Source: Yuukianura sp. NJ FZ-2021
Taxonomy: Eukaryota
NCBI GenBank assembly: GCA_046563655.1
Contig: CM102283.1
Span: 2,232,001 to 2,296,000, forward strand
Direction: 5' to 3'
DNA: 64,000 nt
This document shows positions 50,930-64,000 of the stretch, piece after piece. Below the pieces are notes generated by a model. It did no database searches, had not been told where the DNA came from, and saw only the letters and a list, made by a program, of their open reading frames with translations. The position numbers were made by a program, and so were the translations under genes. Every line of letters starts with the position of its first letter. Position 1 is the first letter of the stretch.

Positions 50930-51121
50930 TGGTTACATCAAAATTTACTCTGTTTGGTGGTTCCAGCAAAAACTTTGCTGGTTCCATCAAAAATCTGGCT
51001 GATTCCATCAAAAATCTTACTGGTTCCATCAAAATTTTTTGCTAGTTCAGGCAAAATTTTTTGCTGGTTCCATCAAAATCTTTGCTGGATCCGTCAAAAT
51101 TCTTTGCTGGCTCCACCAAAC
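50930..51121 (+). repeat. Minisatellite, ~21-bp unit (ctggttccatcaaaatctttg), ~8 copies
   Basis: Repeated ggttccatcaaaa core. Confidence 0.9.
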
Positions 51122-51516
51122 TTGTAAGTTAGGATGATGTTTAGCGTTACATTAAAAATTTTGTTTGTACTTATTGTGAATTATTAAATTCATATAAAAA
51201 GTTACCACGACCACTTAATTCTGTTGGTTTGGCCTTAACCTAATCTTAATCCTAAAGGCATTATATGGACTGTTCGAGATCAACTTTTGTGTTTTTCATA
51301 AGAAAACGAAAAATGGCACTAAAATTATATCCCTGGCTTGATCTTCTTATCACAGCAGCCTCGAAATTGCGAAAGTTTTAAAATAATTGTCATTTTGTAA
51401 TTTGTGAGAAAAGGTTTGTTGTGATTGGTTGATTTCTTAAAAACTAAAATGGCGGGAATATAAATTAAGTTTAGGGAAAAGTGCGGGAAAATTCAAAATT
51501 TAAAATCATGTTACTA

Positions 51517-54500
51517 CTACCTACCATAACCACGCCAAAAATTAAGTACAAATACTACTATGCTGGTGGAAACTTGTAGACTACGACTATAACTTAGGAC
51601 TAGCGCATTCGAACTGTCTAAAAATGGAAACTTCGAATTGTTGTTGCTAAATTGTCGATGTTGTGAAGATGGTGAGGGGATATCACTATCACTTTGAGTT
51701 GTAACAAAACTTTCTTCGCCACTCCACCTTAACCGATTTTCTAAAACCGTAGTTTCTCTAAGAATGGTTTGAACGTTAGCCAAGGAGTCACAGATTGCTG
51801 ATGTGATGGAATTGGCAGTATCCATGAACTCCGCAGTTTCAGACGATGCTGGACTGTCTTCTGTTTCGGGTGGACAGCGGTGTGAGGGGTCGATTGACCT
51901 TGGTTTGATGTTGGCCGTTTTGGGACAACCGTAGAAACACAGTGGAACGCCTTTGGTTGTTCCACGGTTGAGTGTGGACGATACTTGGGAAGCATTCTGC
52001 TCTGGCATTCGGATTGTCACAGACAGAGTTGAGATCGGTAAATGGCCAATTACCTGTTATGTACAAAAAAAAATTAAAATCTGAAATTTTGAAACTTGTT
52101 AGAAAAGTAAGTTTTTGTGTTAAAATTGTTCGACTATTACCGTATTACTTACGCGAATAATCTCGACTACCGTAGAGTCATACGGAAAGTGGATTCGCAC
52201 ATGCTCACTTCGCGTTACTTCTTCAATGTAAACTGTTCCCGCCGTAGACGATCCGTCTGAGAACATTCCAGGTACCTCCACAAAATTTTGAAAAAAACGA
52301 GTTTTAGCAAATGTTCAAAAAACGTTTGCAAATGTTTTCAAAATTGCAATATTTTAACTCACCTCGTCGAATGTTGCCTGGTAGGTTTTCCGTTCAGCAC
52401 ATTCGTTATTTTTGACTATCACAGTGACCTGCGTACAACCAATAAAAAAAACACATTAGAAACAGGAACTTTCAGGATTTGATGAATTGCGAAATCAACT
52501 TTTTTGAAAACAACTTTTGGAAATCCACTCCAGCTTCTACATAATACATAGTATTTAAACGTATCTCCACCGTTCCGGTTTCAACTGGTGTTGGACAGGT
52601 GAGTGGTGATGACAAAGACAGACGGTGTGAACCGGTCTATCAATTAAGTTAATTTGCAAAAGGTGTAAATTTAATATTTAACTTTTAACTAACAGTGTTG
52701 TATTTCAAGGTCAGGTATTTTTTTTTGTTCCGTTTGAAAGAAACTGAAATAAATGTAGAAAAAAAAAACTGAAAAATTAAAAATAAAACGAAAGAAACTA
52801 CTGCTGTTTTGTTTAGTTTCTTTCACTTGGAGGTTTTCTTCGTTTAGGATTTTTTTTTCAGTTACTTTCAGATTTTTTCACTTTTTAGTGGAAAGTGAAA
52901 TATTTAACTTCTAACCAAGGTGTCTTGACAACATAAAACTTTTTGTTTAATAGGGTAGGCAATAACTCCATCTTTTAAAAAATCCCGAAAAAACATAGTT
53001 TTGAACCAATTTACACTTGAAAGTGAAAAAAAATACCAGTTTCATTTGACAGATTTTTTGAATTTTCTTAAAAATTTGAGCTTTTGAGCTTCTGGGCCTT
53101 TTTTAAATTCAAGTCCCGATAACAACAGAGGTAAACTCATTTTCGAAAATTTTGGTAAAAAAAATTCAGAAGTCAAGTTATTACCTAACCTGCTAAAGAA
53201 AAAGTATTCTTTGTTTATTAAGCTTGCTACTAAACTTACCAAGGTCGTTGTAGTAATATCTTTGGGTAGTGGGTTGAGGCCTCCCTTGTTCGTAATTTGT
53301 ACAGCGACGGAGTCCAGGTCCAGAAGTGACCAGGCCCCTGACAGGGAGCAGTAAGGGACATCAGTGAAGTTCAAGGGATCTGCGAAGCTCTTGAGATTTG
53401 TGAGGCCGTACAAGGCACAGCCGACTGTCGGTTCGTTCGGAGAGACTCTCGGGGTACATCGAGATGCATAGGCTCTTCTGGATCCACCGCCGTGACCGTG
53501 TCCATGGTGACCGTGGTGGACATGGACATTGGTGGAAGTGGACATGGACGAGGTCAAAGTGTGACCTGTCCCACTTCCCACTGCGTCCGCAGAGCAATTG
53601 TTCCCTAGTCGCACGTTTTCCGTTTGAATCCGCTGGGCCAGACGGACGAAAAAATGGTAATTCCTAAAAAGAAAATGAACATAAATCAAACTGATTTTCA
53701 AAAATGAAAAAAGTGTTTCCTTCAAAAAACGAAAAAATAAATCAAAGAAATGAATCGCCGGAAAGTTGTCAGACGGAAAATATTGTTGAAAAGACATTTA
53801 AATTTGAATATGGCAAAAGCCAGGAGCACAAAGGCATAAACTACAGTCAAAAAGTTTTTGCAATTTTCAACTTCTCGTATAAAACGGTGTCAAATTTTGC
53901 GCAAAAGGCGTCAAAACAGCTTAAATTTCAAAAGTTTTATGAATTATGAGACGTTTGCAATAATTTCAAAAGCCTAAAACAACCCACATGGAATTCTAAC
54001 TCTCTCTTCACTTTTTGGTTTTATTAAAAAAAAACGATGATGTACAAAGTGTCAAAAGATCAAGAGTTTCGGTTTTCCAAAACCTCAAATTCAAGCCAAA
54101 AATTCAAAAACGTGCAAATACAACATTTTTCTTCAAAAAATAGTTCCGAAAATACGTTATTATTGGAACCCAAAAAATTTTAAACCTGCAAACACAACAT
54201 TTTTCATAAAAATTCCGAAAATAATAGGCGAACCTAAACCTGAACCAACGAAAAAAAAATCTGGAAACAAAATTTTTCAATCCTATGAAAAAAAAATCAG
54301 GAAACAAAATTTTGCAATATTATAAAAAAAAAAACCGAAACAACAAAACTGTATCTCTGTTTCTGTATCAAAACGTCGAAAAATTTTAAACTCTGCTTGA
54401 ATTTTCGTTTTTTCTTCTGTACCACAAAAAAATTCTTTTCTCCCACAAAATTTCAAAGTGCAACAATTTTTTGCCCAAAAAAATATAACGTGTAAAATAT

Positions 54501-57500
54501 GTAACAATGTGCTAAAAATGAAAATTATGAAAATTACTCCCAAAGATAATAAAATAATAATAACTTATACAAAAATTCTTTTATGTCGTATGTTTGAGCG
54601 TGTAGTTTTTCATCGACTAAAAACATGGCAGTACGCCTTAAGGAGCAAGATACAAAAAGTCATATCGTAAATCAAGCTCCTTGAACATGACGGATGTATT
54701 CGTAATTCAAGTTTCTAAGGAATTTGTACTTGTACGAATAAAAAAAAAGTTTTTTAGCCTTCGAGCGCGCGAGTCGTGCTCCTTGGCTGGTGGGATGTTG
54801 GCGAAAAACACGTTGTTTCTGAGCCAAGTTGTTAAGATGACGGTCAAACAAATTTATTGAGTCCGCTTTCTATTTCATTATGATAACACAAAATAAAATT
54901 TTCGTACACAACAAACCCATCAACGCCAAATTCCAATTCGGAAAAACAAAATTTTTCAAAAATTTGTCTGTTTTTATACCATTTTTCATAAATTATCTCA
55001 CTGTGCAAAGAGTGTGAGCGTGAAAATTACATTTTGCCATACTTTCAATTTGTCTCTGGAAAATATGGCGAAAATAAAAACTTTTTTTTACACCACAAAA
55101 AAAAAAACAGCAACATTTTTTTTGTATCTAAACTTTTGAAAACTTCGCCCGCGCTTTTTTAAGTTTGTTGTGTTTGGACCATAAACTTTTACTGCTTTCC
55201 AAATTTACTTTTTAAAAAACGGACAAAAATTTATTTGCGAAAAGAATCAGCAGAATTTTTTTTTAAATTCTTGCTTACTTACAGTAAAAGTTTTTAAGTT
55301 TGAGAAAAAGTGAAGCCGCTTTATGTTGACTTTACGATGACGATTTTTCGCGGAAAGAAAAATTGCAAAGCTTCTGGCTTTGTTGTGATTCGTTTCTCGT
55401 CAATTTGACACCCGAACGTGATTTCGCATCTTTTCGCAACATTAGTCCATTTTTGCAACAAAGATTATGAGGCTAAAACACTTTTGAGAAGTTCCAAACT
55501 TTTGGCAACTTCGCTCTCAGTTTTGACTTTTTAAAAATAAGCTGACAAGAGTGTTTAAACAAAAAGCAGATGTGAAATGTACCGCTTAGCTTCTGCTTGG
55601 AACCATACTGCACAACATTGCAATTTTTTACTACTTTTTTGGCAAACCTCAAATAACTTTTTTTGAAGTCTAAGCATTTATTTTAGGTAGTTCCATTGCC
55701 AATCTGTCTAAGAGCTTTTTAGAACTCGGAAAGTAATAATTGCCACGACCTTTGCCATTTTGGCTTCAACCACCAATTTTCAACACCCTCGCATCACTTT
55801 GGTGCAAAAATTTAAAAATTTGCCATTTCTGTCTCAAAATGTGCACGAATCTTGTCAAGTTTAGCGACAACTCCGCCTAATCCTTGCTTCTTAAATTTCA
55901 ATAATGCTTAAAAGCGTGGGCTAAATGCGAAAAATGGGAAACGACACTTGCGAAAATTGCAAAAACGAGTAACTTTATGTCAGTTTTTTGCAAAAAGCGG
56001 AAACTTTTTGTTAGTTTTCTGCAAAATAGAGTGATTTCATGCTAGGTTTCTGCAAAAAGGAGTAACTTTATGTTATATTTTAGCAAAATGGAGTGACATT
56101 ATGTTAGTTTCTGGCAAAAAGGACAAATGGGATGTTAAAATTCTAGGAAAAGGAGTCTGTAAGTAAAATTTAAACATTAGTCTTAATTGCTAAAAACTTA
56201 CAAATCGCCTCGACAGCTCTTGGACTGTTTCTTGGTACAGTCCTTGAGTTCATTTTGAGTGGAACAAATAGTGGAAGTGACCCCAGGGGGAATTTGAGAC
56301 GGAATTTCGTCACGGTAAGTGTCGTACAGGGATTTGAGAGTGTTGTAAGTATCCAAACATGGCTCAAAGTCACAGGAACTGTCGCCTAAAAACACACAAA
56401 AAAACACATTTTGAAAAACTGAAAAGACATTTGACAAAATTTAATTGACTTGATTAAAACTGACAGAGATTCAGAACTAAATTCGGCCTAAAATCCGCTT
56501 AGAACTAGTTTTGTATTTTTGACTAATTTTTAAAAGAATTTTGCATCGTCATGAAAAAATAGACTATGCAGACTCTTTCAAACCAACTGCAATATACTTT
56601 GACCTGACTCTCACGCTTTTCAATCGCTAAAATGCATGTCATAAAATTGTAAAAATTTATGACTCGAAGATTTAAGCGTTTTTAACAATTTGCGATCTTC
56701 ATGGTGTGAGAACAATCAAATTATGAGGGTTTCTAAGTATTTAAGGGGAGAGTTCACACGTAATTGAATGGAAAAACTTTTTAGCTTTTGCAATTTGCAA
56801 TAATAAATTATTGCAATTTAGATTGCAAGTTTTTAGTGCTGCTGACTCTTAATAGGTTTTGGCTAATCGGCTGCTTTGAGAGTCTGGAACATAATTGTTT
56901 TAAAATTCTTTTCAATTTAAAGTGCTTTATGTTAAAGTTATTTTTAAACACTTTTTTCAAAAATTATTTCAAATGCTAATTTTTTTCTAACGTCTTTAAC
57001 AACTTGAATTCTACGGATGATTTCAAAACAAAAAAAAACGAGTTTCTTAGAACTGAGATGGGAGTTTTACATCGACAGAAGGGAAAAAACCATGGAAAAA
57101 AAAAGTTAGCGTGATTGCGTGACAGGATTTGACCTCTGACCTCCTTTTCTCAATGCCCTTTCTGAATGGTGTGTTAATTGAATTAAAGTTGGAGATACTA
57201 GATACACTCTGGTCCATAACTTTTTAGAGTGAATAAGTTAAAGTTAAAGTAAAAAAAAACAAGCTTGAAAAAAAAGTTATGCTTTTTAGTTATAAAAACT
57301 TGAAAAAAGTAATGCTTTGAACTTTTTTGTACCAATTTTTTTGGACTAATTTGATTTGAAAGGAGCGGAATTGCAAATAGAAGAAAATTGAACTAAAAAG
57401 TAAAAAGTTAAAGGAAAAGTTGTATGCAATTTCCCTAATGAATTGAGAGGCCTCATTTCCTTTTGCGTCAAATTAATTAAATATTTGCACAGAGGAAACA

Positions 57501-57729
57501 AAACAAATAATTTACTTTTAACCAGAAGGCGGGAGATTATAATTTGCAACCAGCCAGACGCTAGAATGTCAAACGCTGAAAAACGCTAATTTTTCTTCAA
57601 TGCTAACTTTTTAGCAATTTTTCGGTTCGTTTACTAAATTAATCAAAAACGAAACTTACCATGGCAGAAGGTCAAAATTAGCACTAGAATGCCAAGGCTG
57701 GAGACACTCGTGATGACAGACTGTAACAT
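51517..57729 (-). CDS. RGM: Repulsive guidance molecule (RGM/DRAG-1 family) homolog, divergent, ~467 aa
   Basis: Exons 57729-57660 (signal peptide), 56385-56202, 53663-53240, 52428-52363, 52275-52153, 52053-51517 splice in frame. CRGDLNYH, C.L.GAW.L.D...VQITN, VTVIVK..EC...K.YQA..DE, P..F.DGS, RMPE, LCFYGCP; hydrophobic C-tail. Confidence 0.88.
52938..53208. mobile_element. Short MITE family A copy in RGM intron
   Basis: tttaatagggtaggcaataactc (52946-52968) and aagttattacctaacctgctaaa (53175-53197) are imperfect inverted repeats matching the ends at 41188/42272. Confidence 0.65.
55960..56120 (+). repeat. Minisatellite, ~31-bp unit (gagtaactttatgttagttttctgcaaaaa), ~5 copies
   Basis: Repeated gagt.actttatgt.agttt..gcaaaa in an RGM intron. 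Confidence 0.8.
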
Positions 57730-60700
57730 TTTGAATTTTGGCAGCAGAGGGAATAAGGTAAAGGTCGACTGTTTACAAATGACTTTTTCAAAAAACTTTT
57801 CAAAAAAGTTTTGAAAAAAGCTCAATTTCTAAAATGGCCTCCACTTGTCAGTCGATGCGGTGCTTAAGCAGTCGTTGTCTAGTAAATAAATTTCTATCGT
57901 TTCACATTAATCTGTCAGCGACGAACACAGTTGAACTGCAGCACAAGTTGCAAATTTTTCGAATTGAAAATTTTCGAATAAAAAATTTCAGTTCTGAAAT
58001 TCACTGGCACTTTAGTTTTTGGGAGGGACTTTTTTGAAACCCTGCAACTTTTTGAACTTTTTTTGAACTCCAAGGTCAATCACCTTGCCAAGCCCTTAAG
58101 GGTACCTAACACTTACAACCCTTAGGTTGAATCTTTCCTTTTAAGGTACCTGTTCCACAATAATAGATTTCCAAAAAGTATACTTGTGGTAAGCTCGTTC
58201 TGAACGGAGAGTGTAGAACTGGATTTGTGTATTGTGTTAATAAATTTTAACACTTTTTGAGTCGAGCCTAAAGATGACTTGGCTCTGCAATTTGTGGTGC
58301 TCAAATGGACCAGTTTGACTTAGGTCTTGCAATTTCTGTGATTATTGTATGAGGGACACTTGTTTCCTTGAGTCAGCAGCATAAATTATGGAGATGAGTT
58401 TAATTTCAGTAAAGATCTGGGCTGATCTTCTCCTCCGTAATCTCTGTCTTCTTAAAATTAGTCTCTTCTTAAAGTGGTTCGACTTTAAAACTGTTAGGTT
58501 TAGCTTTAGTTGGTGAAGATTATTTGAAAGATGACGTAGTTCAGAGTTGGGGAGGCCAGTATGGATAGAATACTCGCAGCACCAGCACTTTTCTTCTCAG
58601 ACAGCACGACGACACTCTTGGATTTGAAATGAACAAGTTCTCCTTGATATGCGCAAAGATGATCAACTTCTCCACTAGGATGATATCTACAATCCGTGAT
58701 CTTAAGTAATACTGTAGCTCCGTAGTCTGAGTGGCTGGGGCTGGTTAGACTTAGAGTTCGTGCGGAAGGATGGTTGGAGATTCTGAACAGGGAAAACCTT
58801 TTAGGAAATTCGCACAGACTCTGAGGAGGATGATGAGATCTCCTTGGATACGGCGGGTTCTTGCAGAAGACGAACAAGAAGAAGAAGTGCTGTTGGTGGA
58901 AGTAGTTGTCTTGGAGCTATTGGCATTGAGGACTCTCAAGTAGACTGTGTCATGACTCCAGAGGGGATGAATCCTTTATACAGACTCCTCGAAGGAATAA
59001 CGATATGTCAACCACTTATGTTGTGTTCTTCCTTTTGGCCAGAGTCTTCTACCACTACTTTGGTTGATCGTCTTTTGAATGGGAACTGGTCATCATCCTA
59101 AGATATTAAGAGAGAGAAACCTTAAGTCAACTTTATAAGTTAAGTCATAGATCGAGTAAAAGTTGTTATCAATGACTTTAAAGTTACAGTTTTCCAAGAC
59201 AAACTCAATACTGAAGCCTTTGACACCCAAGTTATATACTGAAAGTGACGACGATCTTAAGTTGACTCTTACGAATATGCTTAAGTTACGATGAAACTTA
59301 CGTTTTTTAGCTTAGCTTAGTATGGAAACGGGGATATCCAAGCGATTGTTCGTCAAAGGTCAATTTTTTATGGCCTTGCAGAGGCTGCTGACACGAGCCG
59401 AGATGTATACAGCTGCTAAAATTAGACCAAAGTTAGACCTCTTTATGTGTTTTGTATACAAAGATTGGACATGGACCAAGTTGTGGAAATGTCCGAGACA
59501 ATTGACGTCACAACCAATTACTAATTGACTTAAATTTACTTAATTGTTTTCAATAACTTACGACGTTCAGCTCTTCTCTTGCGTTGAACTTGAAGAAACT
59601 GCGAAAAAGTTGCACTCTATATGTTGTTTACTTTTTTCCCGCTTCCAACGCCAAATCACAACTGAACAGGAGTTGTCGCAGTGTGAGATACTTTAAGGCC
59701 GTCCAAGTACCCACCACGGTACTTACAGTACCCCTGACACGACCAGGGGGGTACTTGAACAAAAATAAACTTTCTTAGAAACTGGGAGATTTAAAAAGGG
59801 ACTTGGACAAATGATGTGGGACAACTCAAGGTCTCTCTGAGGACACTTTTTCAGTCATCGGTCACACTCACAATTGGCAACAAAAGGTTAAGGGCCGTAC
59901 CCTGCTAAGGGTCCTTCTTTCAAATCCCAAAAGGCCCCTTCAGAAACACCTGAGTTGGTTATTGAACTCTGAATGCAGCATTTGACATGCATGACAATAG
60001 GATTGTTCAAGAAGAGAAAAGTCTCTGCAGGTTGAGGAGTATTTGAAGTCCCCCCATTTAGTCCTTCTTGCTGAGCCTATTTTCCAGTTGATTGTATTTT
60101 AATTGCTGAGCTGGACAATGGGCAACGACTGACACTGGCAGGAGGGGTACTTGAAGGGTCTCTCTTTTTCTAGTCATGTTGAGCTGGTGGAACGAATGGT
60201 CTGGAATAGTAATCGACTCTCGCACTGATTTGGTCCAAAGCAAAAGTTTGACTGAAGATGAGGAAACTTTTGAAAGGAGAGAACCAAAAATGAAATCGAA
60301 GACGTTTTTGTGGGCCCTTAAAGTCTTTCTGCTGGAGGGGAACCTTTAGCATCTTTCTGGGCTTAAAACGGGTACAACCAAGTAGCGAAAGCGAAACTCA
60401 ATTTATTGAAGCATTTCCCGATTAACTTCGAAGTCTGAACCTAACATCTCTCAAACGAATGTCAAAGGTCACCATTTCCCAAAAATTGTTATACAGCCTT
60501 GCCAGTATGCGTTAAGCCAAACCTACCCTAAGTGTTGGCCTAACCATACAATTTTCTTTCACTGTTAACCTGAGGTAAATCATTTTACGTTAGCCTTTGA
60601 CCCGGAGTGTGGTGACTTCAGGTCAATCCAAGAAAAAATTTCTGATGATGTCGACACCGCCAAGATAATAGAATTCAGAATCGGAACACGGATTCTAGAA

Positions 60701-63700
60701 ATTCAACGCCGAACAGACAGACAGACAGGAAAGAATCATATTTGAACTTTTGTTAAAAGTTGTTTTCATAATGAGAAAACCTGCTGGAAGGGCTCTTTTT
60801 TGTGTAAGATTTTTTGACAGCTACCCAATTGGAAATGGTTTTTGAAAAGAAGTATCCCATGAAGCGAAACACAGCAAGAAGACGTTCGTTTGTGGCCCCC
60901 ATTTTCTTTTTAAATCTTTTCATGCCTACCCGCCTTCAAGCCCCCCCCCCTCATTTTTGGAAAAAGTTTTCATTATCCTCTGTATAAGTACATGGAGGGA
61001 AGGGAGAGTAATAATAAAAAGGGACCCTGCCCCCTTCCAGGACCCTTATTTATTACTTACACTTTTCTCTTAAGACCTATAATAATCATCTTCCCTTCAC
61101 AAAATTATGAAAAAACGTCATACTGTGTTTCAAAAACTCAAAAGAAACACGTACGAAAAACATTCAATGTTGTAAAGAACACATTTCAAAAAATGTCACG
61201 GCATGAAAAAGTCATGCGCAGTGGGCCCTTAAGATTTGAAAGTTCGTAGTTATAAGTTTCGAAATTCGAATTTGCTGCAGAGTAGACTTTACAGCGTCGA
61301 TTTGTTGAAACTTAACTGAAAATTAAGGAAACACATGTTTTCAAAAAAAAATCTTTCGTTTTTGAAAAACGGAAAGTTCATAAAATGACCTTTGTTTTTA
61401 GGAACTTGTGTTAAAAACTTAATTTCCTTCACATGTTTTGAATTTTCCGCTCATTTTTTCAAAAATATTTTTTTTTAAGTTCTAGGGACAGTTGAATAAA
61501 CAAAAGGAAACCAACTGGATGTTTCACATTAGTAATGCAAGTGTGGTACCCTTAAGTGTTCCTTAAGTCTCTCAAGATTAACTTTTGAAAAAATGTTGCG
61601 TGGGAAGTTTCAAAATAAGGAAGTGTGAAAATTTTGAACTTTTTTCTAGACAGCTTGTCGATGTGCTAAAAGCAGAACACTTTAGTTCCAAAAGGTCACC
61701 ACACTGCATTAACATTATTTTGAAAAACAATAGAACACTTTGTCTCAGGAAGGAAAAAGTTTTTCAGCCTGTTCAAAATTTAAAAAAAAGTTCTTTCAGC
61801 TTGTTCAAAATTCAAAAAACTTTCCACCTGCTTTTTCTAAACAAAGAGCATTTAATTTTGTTTGTGGTAAAAACAAACCAATTCTCACCTTTTCACGCCT
61901 TGACGCTTTTTCTCCTCTTTTTCAGTTTTTTTGTTCTCCCATAAGCCAGCAGGTGAACATGTTCACATGTCCGTAACATTTGAACTTGTTCACAATTTAC
62001 AAGTTCAGATCCGGTCCAAAGATTAAAGTTTATGAACAACAAAAAAAGTTATCAAAAACTTGTTTTTCTGGAACTTTCATTTGAAAACAATTAAAGTCTC
62101 AGAAAAACAGACTGTGAGCATTTTTCATTCAATTGGGATTTAAAATTGCATTTCTTGGTTAAAGGTTGGGCTTGCCTTCACAAAAAAATTGAATAAACTT
62201 TTTCGAATTTCACTATTTCCAAAATTTTGAATTTGAACGAATGACGGATCATGCGCATGCTTGAAGAAAAGAGTTATGCGCATGCGTGATTGGGAAACAA
62301 TGTTAAATCTCTGTATCTTGTGACAGGAGAGGGAGTTATTTAATGATAGGAGACGTTTATGCATGCAATTAGTTGTTGTATAAATCAGATTCAAGATTCC
62401 AGAGCCCCTGCTGCAGTCTTGATTGTTTGATTCCATTGTTGTGGGAAGGGGGATTGTTATGCAGCCTAAAAGTTAGGTTTTATACGAACCTAAAAGTTAG
62501 GTTAAAGAAACCTAACGTTATGTTTTATCTCCTTGGCCCATCTATCCTAATCTCCATCTTTGAAGCCTACGCAGGAAAACAATGGAGAGGAACAATTATA
62601 AGGCTTGACGTTAAGGAAGAAGAAGATCCAGACTTTTCTTTTGAGCAACAAACAGGGATGATGCATGGGATCTCATCTCTGGATCCACCAAATTTATACA
62701 AGAAGACGATGACCTTCACATTTTGAATTTGTTACAAGTTGAATACAAAAGGTATACATAGTTGGGCACTTCAGGAAAAAGTTCGTTTCGAGTTCCAAAC
62801 CGGTACATCGGTAAGGAATCGAATGCGTAGTGGTACCGCTGAATACAAATTAACTTATCGATGCAAAAATTCTCCAACTGCAACAATTTTATCCGCGATT
62901 CGTTCGTTCAGTACAATTTTCCAAAAAAAATATCTCAAAACTAAATGGTATTGAGTCTTTTAAAAAGTTCCCTTTAAAAACAGGCTACCACAAATTAGAA
63001 ATACATTTTGTCGAATTGAAAATTTTCTAAAATTTTGGAAAATATATTTAGAATCCTGCAATTTGTTGAAGAAAAAACAACATATTTTTCTTCAGTTGTT
63101 ACTGGTGAGTGTCGATTAGTTCACAAAAATTTTGTTTTCGTTTCATTCCGGAACCTGGCTTTGTGTTGAACTATGAAAATCGTTTGGAACGTGAATGAAT
63201 CTTTTTCTTTGTATGTTGTTAGGATTGATGGTAGTTTCGTAACAGGTTTTAATTTGAAGATTTAGAGAGTGTTGGGCTTGGATGGAAGAATGGAAATGAA
63301 TTCAGAAAGTTCTTGTGAGAACACAAAGATGCAAAGAGATCTTAGGCCTCACCTGTGTTATTTCTTGGAACTCCCAATAGCTTTTCATGGCCTCCAGATA
63401 TTACGTTGGGATGACTTTCACACCTTATAAGTACATCGCAAGAGGCTTCAATTTACAACAATCATGTACTACCCAACCACAAACAGCCACAGTGGATCCG
63501 GTACTGTCTTCCAACAAACCTCATTCCAAGATACATCCCGCCAGATCAAATTTTTTCTGGTTTTCTCTCAAACCGAATTTTAATTTCAAATTGACTTCAG
63601 CACGAGCGTCTGTCTATTCATTACAAAAAAAAAGAGAGAAAAAATACAACCAAAAATTTATGTTTAACTAAAACATTAACTAAAAAATTATTTCAGTAAA

Positions 63701-64000
63701 GACAAAAGTACCTACTTCAAAACGTCTTGTTTCTTTTTTTTTTGCGTTGAAGATATTTTTAAATGCCTGTTTTGGTATTTTTGACATTTCCACACCAGAA
63801 GTTGTCGTGGCAACGGCGCATCACAATGAAATTTAAGCAGTACATTGTTATTTAGCCTCATTTTTGAGAAATAAGAAGCAGTGGATAATTTTTTTTTTCA
63901 AGTGTCGTAATTTTTCGTAAGTTAAGATTTTTTGTAATTTCCAGCATCACTGATTAATTTTTTAATTACCTTCCAATTTATCAAAATTTCACCAAGTGAG

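Noticed and set aside
50774-51127. 117-aa ORF with LVPSKI repeats
   Set aside because: Translation of the 21-bp minisatellite downstream of ZC3H18.
62373-62954. Two adjacent short ORFs as a possible gene
   Set aside because: No recognisable domain and no consistent splice model.

Overview
AT-rich invertebrate animal genomic DNA with short GT-AG introns; the Rab11-FIP sequence looks arthropod-like, but the taxon is uncertain. From left to right: a tandem cluster of four intronless type II membrane proteins resembling the C-terminal domain of STELLO/DUF288 putative glycosyltransferases, with an unrelated two-exon secreted orphan gene inside the cluster; a Rab11-FIP (Rip11-like) gene; a 5'-truncated CRE-type non-LTR retrotransposon in a repeat-rich block; two SSUH2-like paralogs flanking a divergent FAXC/metaxin-like gene; Rab23 with a hAT-type MITE in intron 1; GHITM; an SLC22 transporter with nested MITEs; ZC3H18; and an RGM-family gene. 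Most notable: (1) the four STELLO-like genes share a sharply bounded, near nucleotide-identical 340-bp core between divergent N- and C-termini, suggesting gene conversion; (2) the RGM has lost the GDPH autocleavage motif; (3) the SLC22 has a large Pro/Gly-rich extracellular insert with a furin-type site; (4) paired AGGTCA nuclear-receptor half-sites are strongly over-represented. Gene models were spliced by hand and family calls come from motif recognition, not database searches.
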